A stretch of 64,000 nucleotides of DNA from an uncultured Chthonomonadaceae bacterium (GCA_963835065.1 CAWIEK010000053.1:416001-480000); one strand, 5' to 3'. Counted from the first letter of the stretch, positions 1 through 11,800 are shown. The notes: generated by a model not told the origin, from the letters alone. Numbers and translations are program-made.

Positions 1-328
1 GAAGTACGCGCCGCCCAAAACCGCCGTTGAGATCACGGTTGAGCGGGACGGGCAGGAGTGCCGCTTGAACGCGCGGGATTATGGGCCGGGGATCGCGCCC
101 GAGGACGCGGCGCAAATTTTCAATCGGTTTTACCGCACCGATCTTTCCCGAGCGCGGGCTTCGGGCGGCGCGGGGCTGGGATTGGCAATCGCGCAGGCCA
201 TTGTACACGCGCACGGCGGCGAATTGGCGGTGGAAAGCGCGCCGGGCGTGGGAACCACGTTTCGCCTCAGCCTGCCCGCAGCCGGCGAACAGGCGGATGA
301 CCTATTGGGAGATCAGCATGAAGAATGA
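1..328 (+). CDS. Sensor histidine kinase, C-terminal HATPase_c part (truncated by window edge)
   Basis: DYGPGI, IFNRFYR, GAGLGLAIA and GTTFRLSLP HATPase boxes. Confidence 0.9.
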   Translation, partial: KYAPPKTAVEITVERDGQECRLNARDYGPGIAPEDAAQIFNRFYRTDLSRARASGGAGLGLAIAQAIVHAHGGELAVESAPGVGTTFRLSLPAAGEQADDLLGDQHEE

Positions 329-1308
329 AAACCGGAAGAGTGAAGAACAGAAGATTGAACAACAGACAGACTGAACAACAACAGAACAAATACCCGCAAA
401 GCGAAATTCACAAGGCGCGGTTGAGCCGTCGAGCCGCGATTTCGCTGGCGGTGGGCGCGGCGGGAACGCTGATGGCGAACGAGGCCGGGGCGGAGCAGGC
501 AAATCCTGTAGCGCAGCCTGCCGGTACTGCTGCGGAGCCTGTCAAGCCACTGAAAGGGCACATTCATCAATCGGTATGCCAGTGGTGTTATGGACGCATG
601 GCGCTTGACGAATTGTGCCGACAGGCCAAACAAATGGGATTGGTCGGCATTGACCTGCTCCATGAAAACGAATGGGAAACGGTGAAGCGTCACGGGCTGA
701 TGTGTACGATGGCGTATGGCATCGGAACCATTCCCGACGGCTGGAACCACGTGGAAAACCATGACCGCCTTGTTGCGGAAGCGGAGCAAATCATCCCGAA
801 AGTCGCCAAAGCGGGCTGGAACAATGTGATTACGTTTTCCGGCAATCGCAAAGGGATTTCCGACGCGCAGGGATTGGAAAACTGCGTGGCGGGATTGAAA
901 CGCATCGCCAAAACCGCCGAAGCCAATCAGGTCACGGTTTGTCTGGAATTGCTCAACAGCCGACACGACCACAAGGATTACCAGTGCGACCATACGGCGT
1001 GGGGCGTGGAGATGTGCAGGCGCGTGGGTTCGGAGCGAATCAAACTGCTGTACGACATTTACCATGCGCAGATCATGGACGGGGATGTATGCGCCACCAT
1101 CCGCGAAAACATCGCGTACATCGGCCATTTCCATACGGGCGGCGTTCCCGGCAGGCACGAGATAGACGAAACGCAGGAGCTGAATTACGCCCGCGTATGC
1201 CGCGCCATTGCTGAAAGCGGTTATCACGGGTTTCTCGCGCATGAGTTCCTGCCCACCCGTGACCCCATGACTTCACTCCGCCAGGCCGTGCAGATTTGTG
1301 ACATCTAA
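325..1308 (+). CDS. Hydroxypyruvate isomerase / xylose-isomerase-like TIM barrel protein with Tat-like leader
   Basis: SRRAAI twin-Arg leader; CLELLNS, LLYDIYHAQIMDG, HFHTGGVPGRHE motifs. Confidence 0.85.
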   Translation: MKTGRVKNRRLNNRQTEQQQNKYPQSEIHKARLSRRAAISLAVGAAGTLMANEAGAEQANPVAQPAGTAAEPVKPLKGHIHQSVCQWCYGRMALDELCRQAKQMGLVGIDLLHENEWETVKRHGLMCTMAYGIGTIPDGWNHVENHDRLVAEAEQIIPKVAKAGWNNVITFSGNRKGISDAQGLENCVAGLKRIAKTAEANQVTVCLELLNSRHDHKDYQCDHTAWGVEMCRRVGSERIKLLYDIYHAQIMDGDVCATIRENIAYIGHFHTGGVPGRHEIDETQELNYARVCRAIAESGYHGFLAHEFLPTRDPMTSLRQAVQICDI

Positions 1309-2187
1309 AACAGCCTGTGCCGCGCTTTCTCCAGCGGTCTTCCTATCAGGCTCATGCAGGTTGAAGTTAGCAATCAGCGCTTCGCGGTTCAGAACGCGCG
1401 TGTTGCCGTTCTTTTCCGTATTCATGCCGGACGCGGATTGAACAGCGATTGTAAAGGCGTTTGGGAACAAAGCATGGATTTGGGGCGTGTCGTAGGAGGA
1501 ATATATCCATTGGCAGGTGGAACGTCGCAGCCGTGCCGCCAGTTCCTCATGCTCCTCCCATGTTCGCATGTTGTGCTTGTAGTTGCAGCCGTTTTCCGGG
1601 TAGGGAGGGTCAACGTACAGGACGGTTCCGGCGCGGTCATAACGATCAAGGCACTGCCGCCAATCCAGACATTCGATAATAACGGAGCGTAAACGGTTAT
1701 GCACAGGTTTCAAGCGTTCCTGAAGCGTTTTCAGTGCGCCGATGAGACGATTGCCGCCGCCACCATCCGTAATGCTGGTTTGAAAGCGGGGGTAGTCCAG
1801 TTCGCCGCCCCATCCCGCCATGATTAGGTAGTAAAAACGATGGGCGCGTTGTACTTCATCAAGTTGTATTGGATCAAGACCGGCAAGGCGCTGAAACTCG
1901 GCGCGGGCGACAAGTTCCCATTCAAAGGATTGAAGCAATTTTTCGGGACAGTGTTTTACGATGCGAAAAAAGTTGATGAGTTCCTGGTCAACATCATTGA
2001 GGACTTCTACAGGACTCGGCGGCTTGCCGAACAACACCCACGCGCCCCCGGCAAACGGCTCTACGTAGCAGGTATGCGGAGGAAGCAGGGGAACGATCTG
2101 CTTTCGCAAGCGTGATTTGCCGCCGACCCATCGAATGGGACTGTTGATAGTTTTGTACTCGGTGGAAGGGGCGTTTTTGGTTGCCAT
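1273..2187 (-). CDS. Dam-family (D12 class) N6-adenine DNA methyltransferase
   Basis: SPIRWVGGK, YVEPFAGG (SAM binding) and DPPY catalytic motif; start chosen at MATKN. Confidence 0.9.
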   Translation of the reverse strand: MATKNAPSTEYKTINSPIRWVGGKSRLRKQIVPLLPPHTCYVEPFAGGAWVLFGKPPSPVEVLNDVDQELINFFRIVKHCPEKLLQSFEWELVARAEFQRLAGLDPIQLDEVQRAHRFYYLIMAGWGGELDYPRFQTSITDGGGGNRLIGALKTLQERLKPVHNRLRSVIIECLDWRQCLDRYDRAGTVLYVDPPYPENGCNYKHNMRTWEEHEELAARLRRSTCQWIYSSYDTPQIHALFPNAFTIAVQSASGMNTEKNGNTRVLNREALIANFNLHEPDRKTAGESAAQAVLDVTNLHGLAE

Positions 2188-2305
2188 GCAAATCCTCTTC
2201 ATTAAGATATTCTGCTGATAGACTTAATTTTAGCACGAGTATGATTCAACAAAGCCGCCGGCCTACTTTCCCGACAAGTGGCAGGCTCGCATGTGAGGAT
2301 ATGAT

Positions 2306-3337
2306 TTGACGGAGTTGAAACTCACGGTCTGTGGTCATACGTCGCACAGTTACCTTAGCGAACTGGAAGCGGGCAAGAAAACACCGACTGCGGAATTTAT
2401 TCTTGGCGTAGCGCAGTTATTCGGCGTTTCCGCCGACATTTTATTAAAGGATGAGCTTGAACTTCCCTCCTCAACTTCAACTTCATTGTCAACGTCGGGA
2501 GAAACCGGCATGTCACTGGCTTTTGTAGAGAGAGCGCCGACAGCAGGCGAGTTGGAAAAGATACGCCTGCTTCTCAGTACCTATCAAGATGGAACCGGCA
2601 TGTTGGCGGCCGACGATGGCAAAACACGGCCCGGTTGGCGCGATTTTGAACGCGCCGTCGCGCTGGCTCTGACAGGCAAAGCGTCTGAAAGCAAGGAGAT
2701 ATTTGATGTAGTTTTGTCACACCCGGAAATGCCGTCCTCTGCGCCGAAATATGGTTTGTCCTGCAAAATGCGCTCCGAGTTGAACCGCATAGAACGGGAT
2801 GGTCGCGTGACGATTGAGGTTTCCAATTCGGCAGGCAAGTTTTGGGATCATCTGGCTTCCAAAGGCATCAGCCAGAGCAACTACAAAAGTAGACCGCAGG
2901 AAGTGGGACACGCGCTAATCGAATTGGTGACAGCCTGGCATCAGGCGGAAAGCGCTACGACAGGCGGCAGCATTGATCTCGCCAAAAGCGGCTATCTTAT
3001 TCTATCCTGGAACCGCGCCGGTTTCTACCAACTGCATCAATTTAGGCTGAACATCGTGGATGCGGCTGTGTTGCGCTGGCATGTTCCGACAAGACAGGTC
3101 AAGGGGGAACAAACAGTAGGCAGGCGTATCAACGGCGATGATGAACGCGGTACACGGGTTGAATGGTACGGCGAATCAGGCGGGCAGCTAAAGTTTTACC
3201 CGTTCGCAACGGAAGCGGTATGGCAGTCCGAGCGGTTTACGTTGGAACCGTTGCCCGGTACAGAACATGGCATACTCAATAAAGCTGCCGCTTACTTTCC
3301 CGACAAATGGCAGGCCGCATGTGAGACTACGATTTGA
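2306..3337 (+). CDS. Putative restriction endonuclease with N-terminal partial XRE HTH (controller-like)
   Basis: SYLSELEAGKKTPTAEFILGVAQLFGVSAD HTH segment; FER...FDVV...GLSCK PD-(D/E)xK-like arrangement; divergent from a methyltransferase. Confidence 0.55.
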   Translation: MTELKLTVCGHTSHSYLSELEAGKKTPTAEFILGVAQLFGVSADILLKDELELPSSTSTSLSTSGETGMSLAFVERAPTAGELEKIRLLLSTYQDGTGMLAADDGKTRPGWRDFERAVALALTGKASESKEIFDVVLSHPEMPSSAPKYGLSCKMRSELNRIERDGRVTIEVSNSAGKFWDHLASKGISQSNYKSRPQEVGHALIELVTAWHQAESATTGGSIDLAKSGYLILSWNRAGFYQLHQFRLNIVDAAVLRWHVPTRQVKGEQTVGRRINGDDERGTRVEWYGESGGQLKFYPFATEAVWQSERFTLEPLPGTEHGILNKAAAYFPDKWQAACETTI

Positions 3338-3461
3338 CGGAGGCAGAATATCACAGGTATGTTTGGCAGGAGTGTTTTCGACACTTGCAAGACACTAACG
3401 GCAAAGAAGCCCGTCCTGCCACAAATAAAAATCCCCCGCCTGATAAAACCCCATAGCAGGC

Positions 3462-4817
3462 TCAGGAAAGTGTTTTCAAGGGTATGCTGTCTTCGAGGGG
3501 AATGGTGAACAGGAAGGTGCTGCCCTGCCCCAGTTCGCTTTCCACCCAGATTTTGCCGCCGTGCGCTTCGACGACCATTTTGCAGAAGGTCAGTCCCAAT
3601 CCGGTTGACATTTTGCGCCCGGCCTTGCGGTTTTCCACCTGCCCGAATTTTTCAAAGATGCGCCCGAACGATTCGCGCGGGATGCCTTCGCCCGTGTCCT
3701 GTACCGTGAACAGCAGGGCGTTTCCGGTCTGCGCGTCGGCGTTTGCAATTTGCGTATTGGCGTTTGCGGTACTTGCGTACTGTTGTCTTCCTTTTGCGGC
3801 GCGTGTTGTTCTTGAATTTGTTCTTGAAGGCGTACCGAAACGGTAATATCGCCGCTGTCGGGCGTGAACTTGATGGCGTTGCTGACCAGATTGACCAGGA
3901 CGCGGCGCAGTTTTTCCTCATCCGCCCACAGGGACGGCAAATCGGGCGCGATTTCCTGATGCAGATGCAGATGCTTGGACTGCGCCAATGCTTTCACCTG
4001 CTGCAAGGCTCCCCGAATCAGCGCGTCAGGCGCGACTTCACCCCGCTCCAATGCAAGCGAGCCGTCCTCCATTTTGCTGACATCGAGCAGGTCGTTGATC
4101 ATGCCGAGCAGCGTGTTTCCGCCGGACACGCTCACTTCCAACATCTCCGTTTGTATCGCGTCCAGGTCGCCGATAGCTTCCAGTGTTTGCAGGCCGGTGA
4201 GAAGGGAGGTAAGCGGGAGTGCGCAGGTCATGCACGATCATGTAGGTCAGGCTGTCGCGCAATTGCTCCAGGTCTTTGAGCTGCCGGTAGCGGGTTTCCA
4301 GTTCGTCCCACATCTGCTTTTTGTCCAGACAGGCGCGAACGCGGGCGCGGAGCAGGGCCGGCTCGAAAGGTTTGGGCAGGTAATCTTCCGCGCCAATCTC
4401 AATGCAGCGCGTGACCAGTTTTATATCGTCTACGCCCGAAATCATCACGACAGGTATTTCGCGCAGTCCTGGGTCTTCCTTGATCTGCTTCAATACCGCG
4501 TAGCCGTCCATACCCGGCATCATCATGTCCAGCAGCACCAGGTCGAACGACTGCTCCCCCAGCAATTTCAGGGCGTCGCGCCCATCCCCGGACAGCGTGA
4601 CTTGATGCCCCAGTTCGCGCACATGCCGCGCCAGCATCAGGCGTATGGTGGCAAGGTCATCCACAATCAGCACATGGCCTGATCGCGTCGGCATTCCCAG
4701 GCCACTGCGCGGCAGAACTTTCGGCTCCTGCTCAGGAAGAGGAATCGGCACGGACGCTCCTTCTATGCCTGCGCCCGCCGCCACATCGTTAATAATTTCG
4801 CTTACACTTTCACCCAT
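3462..4817 (-). CDS. Hybrid response regulator-histidine kinase, split by frameshifts near 4225 and 3720
   Basis: REC (VLIVDD, LLDMMMP, KP), HisKA (IVHDLRTP), HATPase ([18 protein letters not shown]) spread over three frames. Confidence 0.8.
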
Positions 4818-4933
4818 GCTTGCGGTTATACTTTCTACTGTACTTGCGCTTGTGCCAAATGAATAGTCGCTGAAAGTTCGCAGATACTGTATCCCTATCA
4901 ACTACGAACTATCAACTATCAACTCCTTAACGC

Positions 4934-7900
4934 TTACTCTTGCTCTTGCGCTACCTGTTCCAGCGCGCGGCACAGGCGCTCAAATTCCTTTTCTACCTGC
5001 GGCATCAGCGCGATAGCGCCGTCAACGCTTCCCGCTCGTCCCTTTTTTTCCAATTCCGAACACAATCGCGCCAGTTCGCGCCCGCCCAGATTGGCCGACA
5101 CGCCCTTGATGCCATGCGCGGCGGACGCCAGCAGCGCGGGATTATTGGTAGTTTCGGCTTCCCGCATGGCGGCCATGCGCGGCACTACGTCGTTACGCAG
5201 GGTTTCCACGAGTTCGAGCAGCACGTCGCGCATCATGCGCAAGTCTTCCAGGAACGCCGGGTCAATCACATCTTCAACGATTAAATCTGCTGTAATCGCG
5301 CCGTCTGTAACATTATCCTGCATAGCGGCCTCCTCATTGTTCGTCCTGCCTGCCCACGGTACGGGTGGTTCCTGATGCGATAGGAGTTCCTGAGACAATG
5401 CGCTTTCCGATGCTTTCTGTTGCTTCTCCTCCGCGGTTTCGACAAGTACAGCCGTATCGGGAGGCACGGCAGGGAATAAGGATTTGTTTTTCCGCGCCTG
5501 CGCCCATTCTCCGCAGCGCGTCAGCGCGGCTTGCAGGGCGGTGGGATTGACCGGCTTGGCGAGGTAATCGTCCATGCCCGCGTCCAGGCATGCCTGCTGA
5601 TCCTCTTTCATGGCGTTAGCGGTCAGGGCAACGATGCGCGGACGCTCCGACTTCGGCAAAACGCGCATTGATGTACCGCGACGCTTCCAGGCCGTCCATT
5701 TCCGGCATCTGCACGTCCATCAAAATCACGTCATAAGACTGCCGCTCCAATGCTTTCAGCACTTCCAGGCCATTGGCGGCGGCATCGGCGCGATAGCCAT
5801 ACTTGCCCAATAAACTGTGCATCAATTTCTGGTTTACGGCCAGGTCTTCAGCCATGAGAATACGCAGGGGCAGGCGCTGCGCAAGGGTTCGGTCATACGT
5901 GGGCACATCCCTTACTTTCAAGGGGCGATCCTGCGCCGAAAGAATGTTTGCCAGCACGTCGTACAACTGCGACTGCTTGACGGGTTTGGTCAGCATGGCC
6001 GCGAACCCGCCCTCCTCGATTTCCGCCAGGCGTGGCCCCACCGAACTCAGCCCCACAAGCGGCAGGTTTTCCGCCACGCGGCGGCGATGTATCTCCTTTG
6101 CCAGCATGATGCCGTCCATATCCGGCATTTGTATGTCCAGAATGGCAAGATCGAACTTTTCTCCGCGCCCCAGATGTTCCAGCGCTTCCCGCGCGCTTGC
6201 GCACTCCATTGCTTCCATGCCCCAGCTTCGCGCCTGCAGGAGCAGTATCTGCCGATTTGTCTGGTTGTCGTCCACAATCAGCAGCCGGCAGCCCCGCAGC
6301 GTGGCCGGATGCGCGTCTAAGGGCGTCCGCACGTCCACGGACGATACTTCGACGGGCAGGGTCACAAAAAAGGTCGAGCCTTGCCCCACCCGGCTTTCCA
6401 CCCGGATACTTCCGTTCATCATCTCGCACAGCCGCTTGCAGATAACGAGGCCAAGCCCGGTTCCGCCGTATTTGCGCGTGGTCGAAGCGTCTACCTGACT
6501 AAATGAGCGGAACAGGCGATCCATTCGGTCGGCGGGGATACCGATCCCCGTATCGCGCACGGTAAATTGAAGTTCGGCGCGTTCTCCCTCCCCTGCCTGC
6601 GCCGACAGGCTGAGAACAACTTCGCCCTGCTCCGTAAACTTCACCGCGTTGCTAAGTAGATTGACCAAAATTTGCCGAACCCGCGTGACATCGCCCACCA
6701 CTGTCGTCGGCGTGTTCGGCTCAATTACATACGCCAATTCCAAGCCTTTTTCCGCCGCCCGCGTGGCAAGCAAGTCCATCGCGGTTTCGATGCACTCGCG
6801 GACATCGAAGGGCCGATGCTCCACTTCCAACTGCCCGGCTTCGATTTTCGAGTAATCCAGAATGTCGTTGATAATCGTCAGCAGGGCGTCGCCGCTGTCG
6901 CGGATGATGTGGGCGTATTCCTGCTGCTCCAGCGTCAGGTTGGTATCAAGCATCAGGCCGGTCATGCCGATGACGGCGTTCATGGGTGTGCGTATCTCGT
7001 GGCTCATGGTCGCCAGAAACTCGCTTTTCGCGCGCACCGCCGCTTCTGCCGCGTCTTTTGCCCGCAGCAGTTCCTCTTCGTCCTGCTTGCGCTCCGTGAT
7101 GTCAATGTGGACGCCGACCCATTCCCGGATGCTGCCATCGGTTTCCAGCACGGGTACGCCGCGCACCAAAAATTGCCGGTACACGCCGTCATAGCGCCGA
7201 ACGCGCATTTCGATGTGGTAAATCGCGCGATTGGAAACGGCCTTTTTCCATTCCTCAACGGAGTATTCGCGGTCATCGGGGTGAACCGCGTCCGCCCAGC
7301 CATACCCCTGATACTGCGCGTAACGCTGCCCTGTGTACCGCGCCCATCCCGGCTGATCGCCGCGCATTTCGCCCTGCGCGGTATTGGTCCAGACGATCTG
7401 CGACGTGGCTTCAATCAGGGAGCGGAACCGTTCTTCGCTGTGGCGCAGGTCTTCTTCGGCCTGCTTGCGCTTGGCGATGTCGGTAAACGTCACCCCCGCG
7501 CCCTGAATTACGCCGTTTTCGATAATGGGCGCGGACGAGTATTCGACAGCGAAACTGCTGCCGTCGCGCCGCCAGAACACCTCATCGTCGCGCCGGCACG
7601 ACCTGCCATTGCGAAACGCCTGATAGATAAGACAGGATTCGACAGGATACGGGGAGCCATCCGGGCGATGATGGTGCGTGAGGGCGTGGACGTTTTTGCC
7701 GATGATTTCTTCCGGCGCGTAGCCCAACATCCGCGCGCCCGCCTTGTTGATAAAGGTGCAGTTGCCGTTCAGATCAACGCCGTAAATGCCTTCAATGGTG
7801 GAGTTGAGCAGGAGGTTGTTGGAACGGGCAAGTTGGGCGCGTTCCTGCTCCACGCGCTTCATCCCGGTCAGGTCGCGCACATAGCCGACGAACAGGGGCT

Positions 7901-8243
7901 GTCCCGGCTGCTCCAATCGCGCAACCGCCAGTTCGATGGGAAATTCCTCGCCACTGCGCCGGACAGCGGTGATTTCAAGACGCTTCCCGACAACGGCATT
8001 CTCGCCCGTTTCCAGATAGCGGGCCAGGCCGTGCCGGTGGGTGTCGCGCAGGGCGGGCGGAATAATCAAGGACGCCATTTCCTGCCCCACCGCTTCGTCA
8101 CGGGCGTAGCCGAAGATATGCTCGGCAGCCGCGTTCCAGCGCAGTATCTTGCCCTCGTGATTCATCATCACAATGGCGTCCATCGCGGCTTCCATCACCG
8201 CGTCTTCTATCGGCGCCACAGGCGGGCGGGGCATCAAATCCAT
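4934..8243 (-). CDS. Multi-PAS hybrid sensor kinase (3 PAS-HisKA-HATPase-2 REC-Hpt), one frameshift near 5670
   Basis: [27 protein letters not shown], two REC domains, AHGIKG Hpt in ORFs 5616-8327 and 4934-5668. Confidence 0.88.
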
Positions 8244-8490
8244 GTTCACGACCTTACGACGCGCGAAATTGACAAACGTATCTCCTCTCCATTTACGCGC
8301 TGCCGGGCATAATAGTGCCAGATACAAGGCATCCGGCCTTCAGGTGTTCACGCAACAGGGTTTTGGCTTTTACCTGCAATAAGATTCACGAATGTAGCCT
8401 AAAGTGTACTCAAAGGGAGGTATAATGTACTATTAGAACCACTTCTTGATGCTACCGTAGACGCGAGGAACGTGGCAGAAAGGCAATGGA

Positions 8491-8925
8491 ATGGAAACAG
8501 AAAACAGTATAAGCGGAACAAGTGTGGAAGCCTTGCTCTCCCCCGATCAAGCGGCGGCGGCGCTAGGCGTTCGGCGACGCACATTAGAAGATTGGGTTCG
8601 CGCCGGAAAAATTCCTGTTGTCAAGCTAGGACGATTGCATAAGTTTCGTCCGGCAACACTGCAGCAATTTATCGAAACACAGGAAACGCTTGTCACCACA
8701 AGAAACAAGCCCGTTCAAATCGAAACATCTGTTCCTTCCGATTTGGAGAAGGCTGCCGTACAGGACGCTGCCAAACGTCAAAGGCAAATTGCCTTGCTGG
8801 AACAATGGAACGCCGAAGATGCGACTGACGATCCGCAGGAGATTGCTCGGCGAGAAGCCGAATGGGGAGCGTTTGAAAAGAGCCTGGAAGCGAACCGCCT
8901 TGCGTTGCCTGTCTCGGAGGTCTGA
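8491..8925 (+). CDS. Excisionase-type HTH protein, probable antitoxin
   Basis: LLSPDQAAAALGVRRRTLEDWVRAGKIP HTH; TGATG stop/start overlap with a PIN gene. Confidence 0.7.
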   Translation: METENSISGTSVEALLSPDQAAAALGVRRRTLEDWVRAGKIPVVKLGRLHKFRPATLQQFIETQETLVTTRNKPVQIETSVPSDLEKAAVQDAAKRQRQIALLEQWNAEDATDDPQEIARREAEWGAFEKSLEANRLALPVSEV

Positions 8926-9389
8926 TGCTATCTGCAATTGTGCTGGATGAAAGGCCGCTCAGTCTGGCTGCGCAAGATCAAAGCAAACCGGAGGCGATTG
9001 CTTTTCGCAAGTGGATGATAGACTGGATCAGGCGCGGCGCTACATTTTATATCCCGGAGATTACCGATTATGAGCTGCGGCGCGAACTGGTTCGCGCCGC
9101 GAAAACGGAAAGTTTGGTAAGATTGGACGCGCTGCCGCAAATCGGCATCTATCTGCCTCTGACCACAGCGCAAATGCGCGAAGCCGCCCGATTGTGGGCG
9201 CATGTACGCAATTTGAACCTGACCACTGCGGACAAACAGGCGCTCGATGGAGACGTGATCTTGTGCGCTCAGGCGCTGAGTTTGGGAATACCTGCCGACC
9301 AAATTATCGTAGCAACCAGTAACGCCGCTCATATAGGACGCTTTCTCAATGCGGCGGCATGGGCAGACATTCAGCCCGAAGAGGAGTAA
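8925..9389 (+). CDS. PIN-domain (VapC-like) toxin
   Basis: IVLD, PEITDYELRREL, LDGDVIL, IVATSN acidic PIN motifs. Confidence 0.8.
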   Translation: MLSAIVLDERPLSLAAQDQSKPEAIAFRKWMIDWIRRGATFYIPEITDYELRRELVRAAKTESLVRLDALPQIGIYLPLTTAQMREAARLWAHVRNLNLTTADKQALDGDVILCAQALSLGIPADQIIVATSNAAHIGRFLNAAAWADIQPEEE

Positions 9390-9477
9390 GCGCACCGCAA
9401 CATTCGTGTCCGCCAACGGTTAGCACAAATACTTTGTTGCGCCATACTTTGGTTCAGGAGACGCCAATGCCTGATGG

Positions 9478-10674
9478 CTAATGCCTGATGCCTGCTCTGC
9501 GGCGGATGTTGTCCAGAAACACGGTTAGAATGATCACCGCGCCCAGGATTACCGGCTGCAAATCGTTTTTAATATGTACCAGCACCAGTCCTATTGTGAT
9601 AACCGTAATGGTCAATGCGCCGACTAACGCGCCTAAAATGCTGCCCCTGCCCCCGCTCAGGCTTGTGCCGCCGATGACGACGGCGGCGATGGCGTCCAGT
9701 TCGGCTCCCGTACCGGCGTTTGTGCTTGCCAGTCCGAAGCGGGCTGTGACCAGCAATGCGCCTACGCCCGCTCCCAATCCCGCCAGCGCATACGCCAGCG
9801 TTTTGTTTGCGGCCACATCCACGCCGCTCAAACGCGCCGCCTGCTCGTTGCCGCCAATGGAAAGCATGTACCGGCCCGAACGAGTACGGGTCAGCAGCCA
9901 GGTTCCAAGCAGCACCATCAGCAATGTGATAATGACAAGCGGCAAACCCTGCCCCAATGCCAGCAGGCGCGGATAGGGCGTTGCTACGCTGCTGCCGTCA
10001 GTTGCCGTCAGTGTCAGTCCGCGCGCAATCGTGAGCATCCCCAGCGTGGCGACAAACGGCGGCACGCGCCCAAAGGAAACCACCAGGCCGTTAATCACCC
10101 CACATCCCATGCCGACGAGCAGGCCGATGATAATCGCCCCTTCCACTTTCAGCCCGCTCGCTACAGCGCGTGACACCAGTAATCCCAAAAACCCTTCCAC
10201 CAACAGGAACACGCACAGTGACGTGATAAACTGCGGGTTCAAAAGCGCGTTTTCACTGCTGAGACGTGACGTTTTCTGCCGCAGGAAGACGAGCCAGGCG
10301 CACAGTACGGCAACCGGACTTACTGCAAGGCCCACAAGCCACAGAGGCATAACCGGCTTGCCTGTAAGCGCCATTGCCAGCCCTACGCCCGACAGCGCTA
10401 AGACAGACCCGATAGACAAATCTATGCCGCCCGTCAAAATCACAAACGACATGCCCACTGCCAGCACGACATTCCGCGCCGACTGCTGAAGCACGTCCGG
10501 CAAGTTCGCCGCCGTCCAGAAGATGCGCCGAAAATCGGGGTGCAGCGAAAACAGGGCGCACACCAATATCAGCGTGAGCCAGGGACGCAGTATGCCCAAC
10601 AGCCGCGCCTTCCACAAAGCCGTGGCTGCATTTACTTCTACGGAGTGCGGCGGGGGTAAAGGAGGGATGGTCAT
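9478..10674 (-). CDS. Sugar ABC transporter permease (RbsC-like)
   Basis: GGIDLSIGS, VPPFVATLG, GGNEQAARLSG, ELDAIAAVVIGGTSLSGGRG. Confidence 0.9.
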   Translation of the reverse strand: MTIPPLPPPHSVEVNAATALWKARLLGILRPWLTLILVCALFSLHPDFRRIFWTAANLPDVLQQSARNVVLAVGMSFVILTGGIDLSIGSVLALSGVGLAMALTGKPVMPLWLVGLAVSPVAVLCAWLVFLRQKTSRLSSENALLNPQFITSLCVFLLVEGFLGLLVSRAVASGLKVEGAIIIGLLVGMGCGVINGLVVSFGRVPPFVATLGMLTIARGLTLTATDGSSVATPYPRLLALGQGLPLVIITLLMVLLGTWLLTRTRSGRYMLSIGGNEQAARLSGVDVAANKTLAYALAGLGAGVGALLVTARFGLASTNAGTGAELDAIAAVVIGGTSLSGGRGSILGALVGALTITVITIGLVLVHIKNDLQPVILGAVIILTVFLDNIRRRAGIRH

Positions 10675-10779
10675 AAAAGGTGAATTATCCTTGATGCTGC
10701 AAGTTGTGCAGGAGTTTGCCTGTAGAGCGTGGAACACGCTGTCAATGATCCCTACCAACGAACAGGAGAATTGAAATCA

Positions 10780-11634
10780 ATGACGACAACTATTCAACCG
10801 GAAGCAACGCCTGATCTGGAAAACCTGCCCGATTTGTCCGGCGAATATGCGCTGGGCGAGGAACAAATTGCCGCCTTCCGGCGGGACGGGCATGTGCTGC
10901 TGCGCCATGTGTGTACGCCCGATGAGATCGCCATATACCGCCCTGTCCTCAACAACGCCACTTATGCGCTGAACAACGAAACGCGCCCGATGGCAGAACG
11001 CGACACGTATGGCCGCGCGTTTTTGCAGACCATGAACCTGTGGCGCAGCGACGAAGCCGCGCGCAAGTTTACGCTGGCAACGCGCTTCGCCAAAATCGCC
11101 GCCGACCTGATGGGGGTGGACGGCGTTCGCCTGTACCACGACCAATCGCTGTACAAGGAAGCGGGCGGCGGGCACACGCCCTGGCATCAGGATCAATACT
11201 ACTGGCCGCTCGATACCACGCACACAGTTACGCTCTGGATGCCGCTCGTGGACGTGCCGATAGATATGGGCGCGCTGACGTTTGCGACGGGTTCGCATCA
11301 GGAAGGATTTCTAGGCCATATCGCTATATCCGACGAGTCCGAGGAGCGGTACGCGCAAATCGTCCAACAAAAAGGCTACAACGTTACCAATGAAGTGATG
11401 CAGGCGGGCGACGCCACGTTTCACGCGGGTTGGACGCTGCACTCCGCGCCCGGCAACGCAGGCAATGCCACGCGGGAAGTGATGACTATTATCTACTTCG
11501 CGGACGGCACACTCGCCCTGAACCCCGACAACCCCAACCGCCAGAACGATCTGGACTCGTGGCTGCCGGGAGTGAAACCGGGTGAACTCGCCGCGAGTGA
11601 AATAAATCCGGTTGTGTACAAGCGCGGAAAATAG
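10780..11634 (+). CDS. Phytanoyl-CoA dioxygenase family 2OG-Fe(II) oxygenase
   Basis: TPWHQD, TLWMPL, AGDATFH..TLHS motifs; AGGAG RBS. Confidence 0.88.
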   Translation: MTTTIQPEATPDLENLPDLSGEYALGEEQIAAFRRDGHVLLRHVCTPDEIAIYRPVLNNATYALNNETRPMAERDTYGRAFLQTMNLWRSDEAARKFTLATRFAKIAADLMGVDGVRLYHDQSLYKEAGGGHTPWHQDQYYWPLDTTHTVTLWMPLVDVPIDMGALTFATGSHQEGFLGHIAISDESEERYAQIVQQKGYNVTNEVMQAGDATFHAGWTLHSAPGNAGNATREVMTIIYFADGTLALNPDNPNRQNDLDSWLPGVKPGELAASEINPVVYKRGK

Positions 11635-11681
11635 TTCGTTTTTTGTGTGGTTATAGTTTACCTCACGCGGCAAAGGGCTTT

Positions 11682-11781
11682 TTGTCTTGAACCATGATTT
11701 ATGTGATTATTAGGATGAGCATGATGGGCTGTTCTTCCTCATGGTAATCATCAAAATCACATAAATCATGGTTCAAGACAA
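11682..11781. repeat. Palindromic intergenic repeat (27-bp perfect IR); family also at 57079-57216 with a half copy at 25036-25076
   Basis: TTGTCTTGAACCATGATTTATGTGATT ... AATCACATAAATCATGGTTCAAGACAA. Confidence 0.85.
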
Positions 11782-11800
11782 TTAAAATGGAGCGAGCGAC

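Noticed and set aside
6672..8312. Long antisense ORFs (also 25377-26558, 50808-51872)
   Set aside because: Shadow frames of GC-rich genes with no recognisable motifs.
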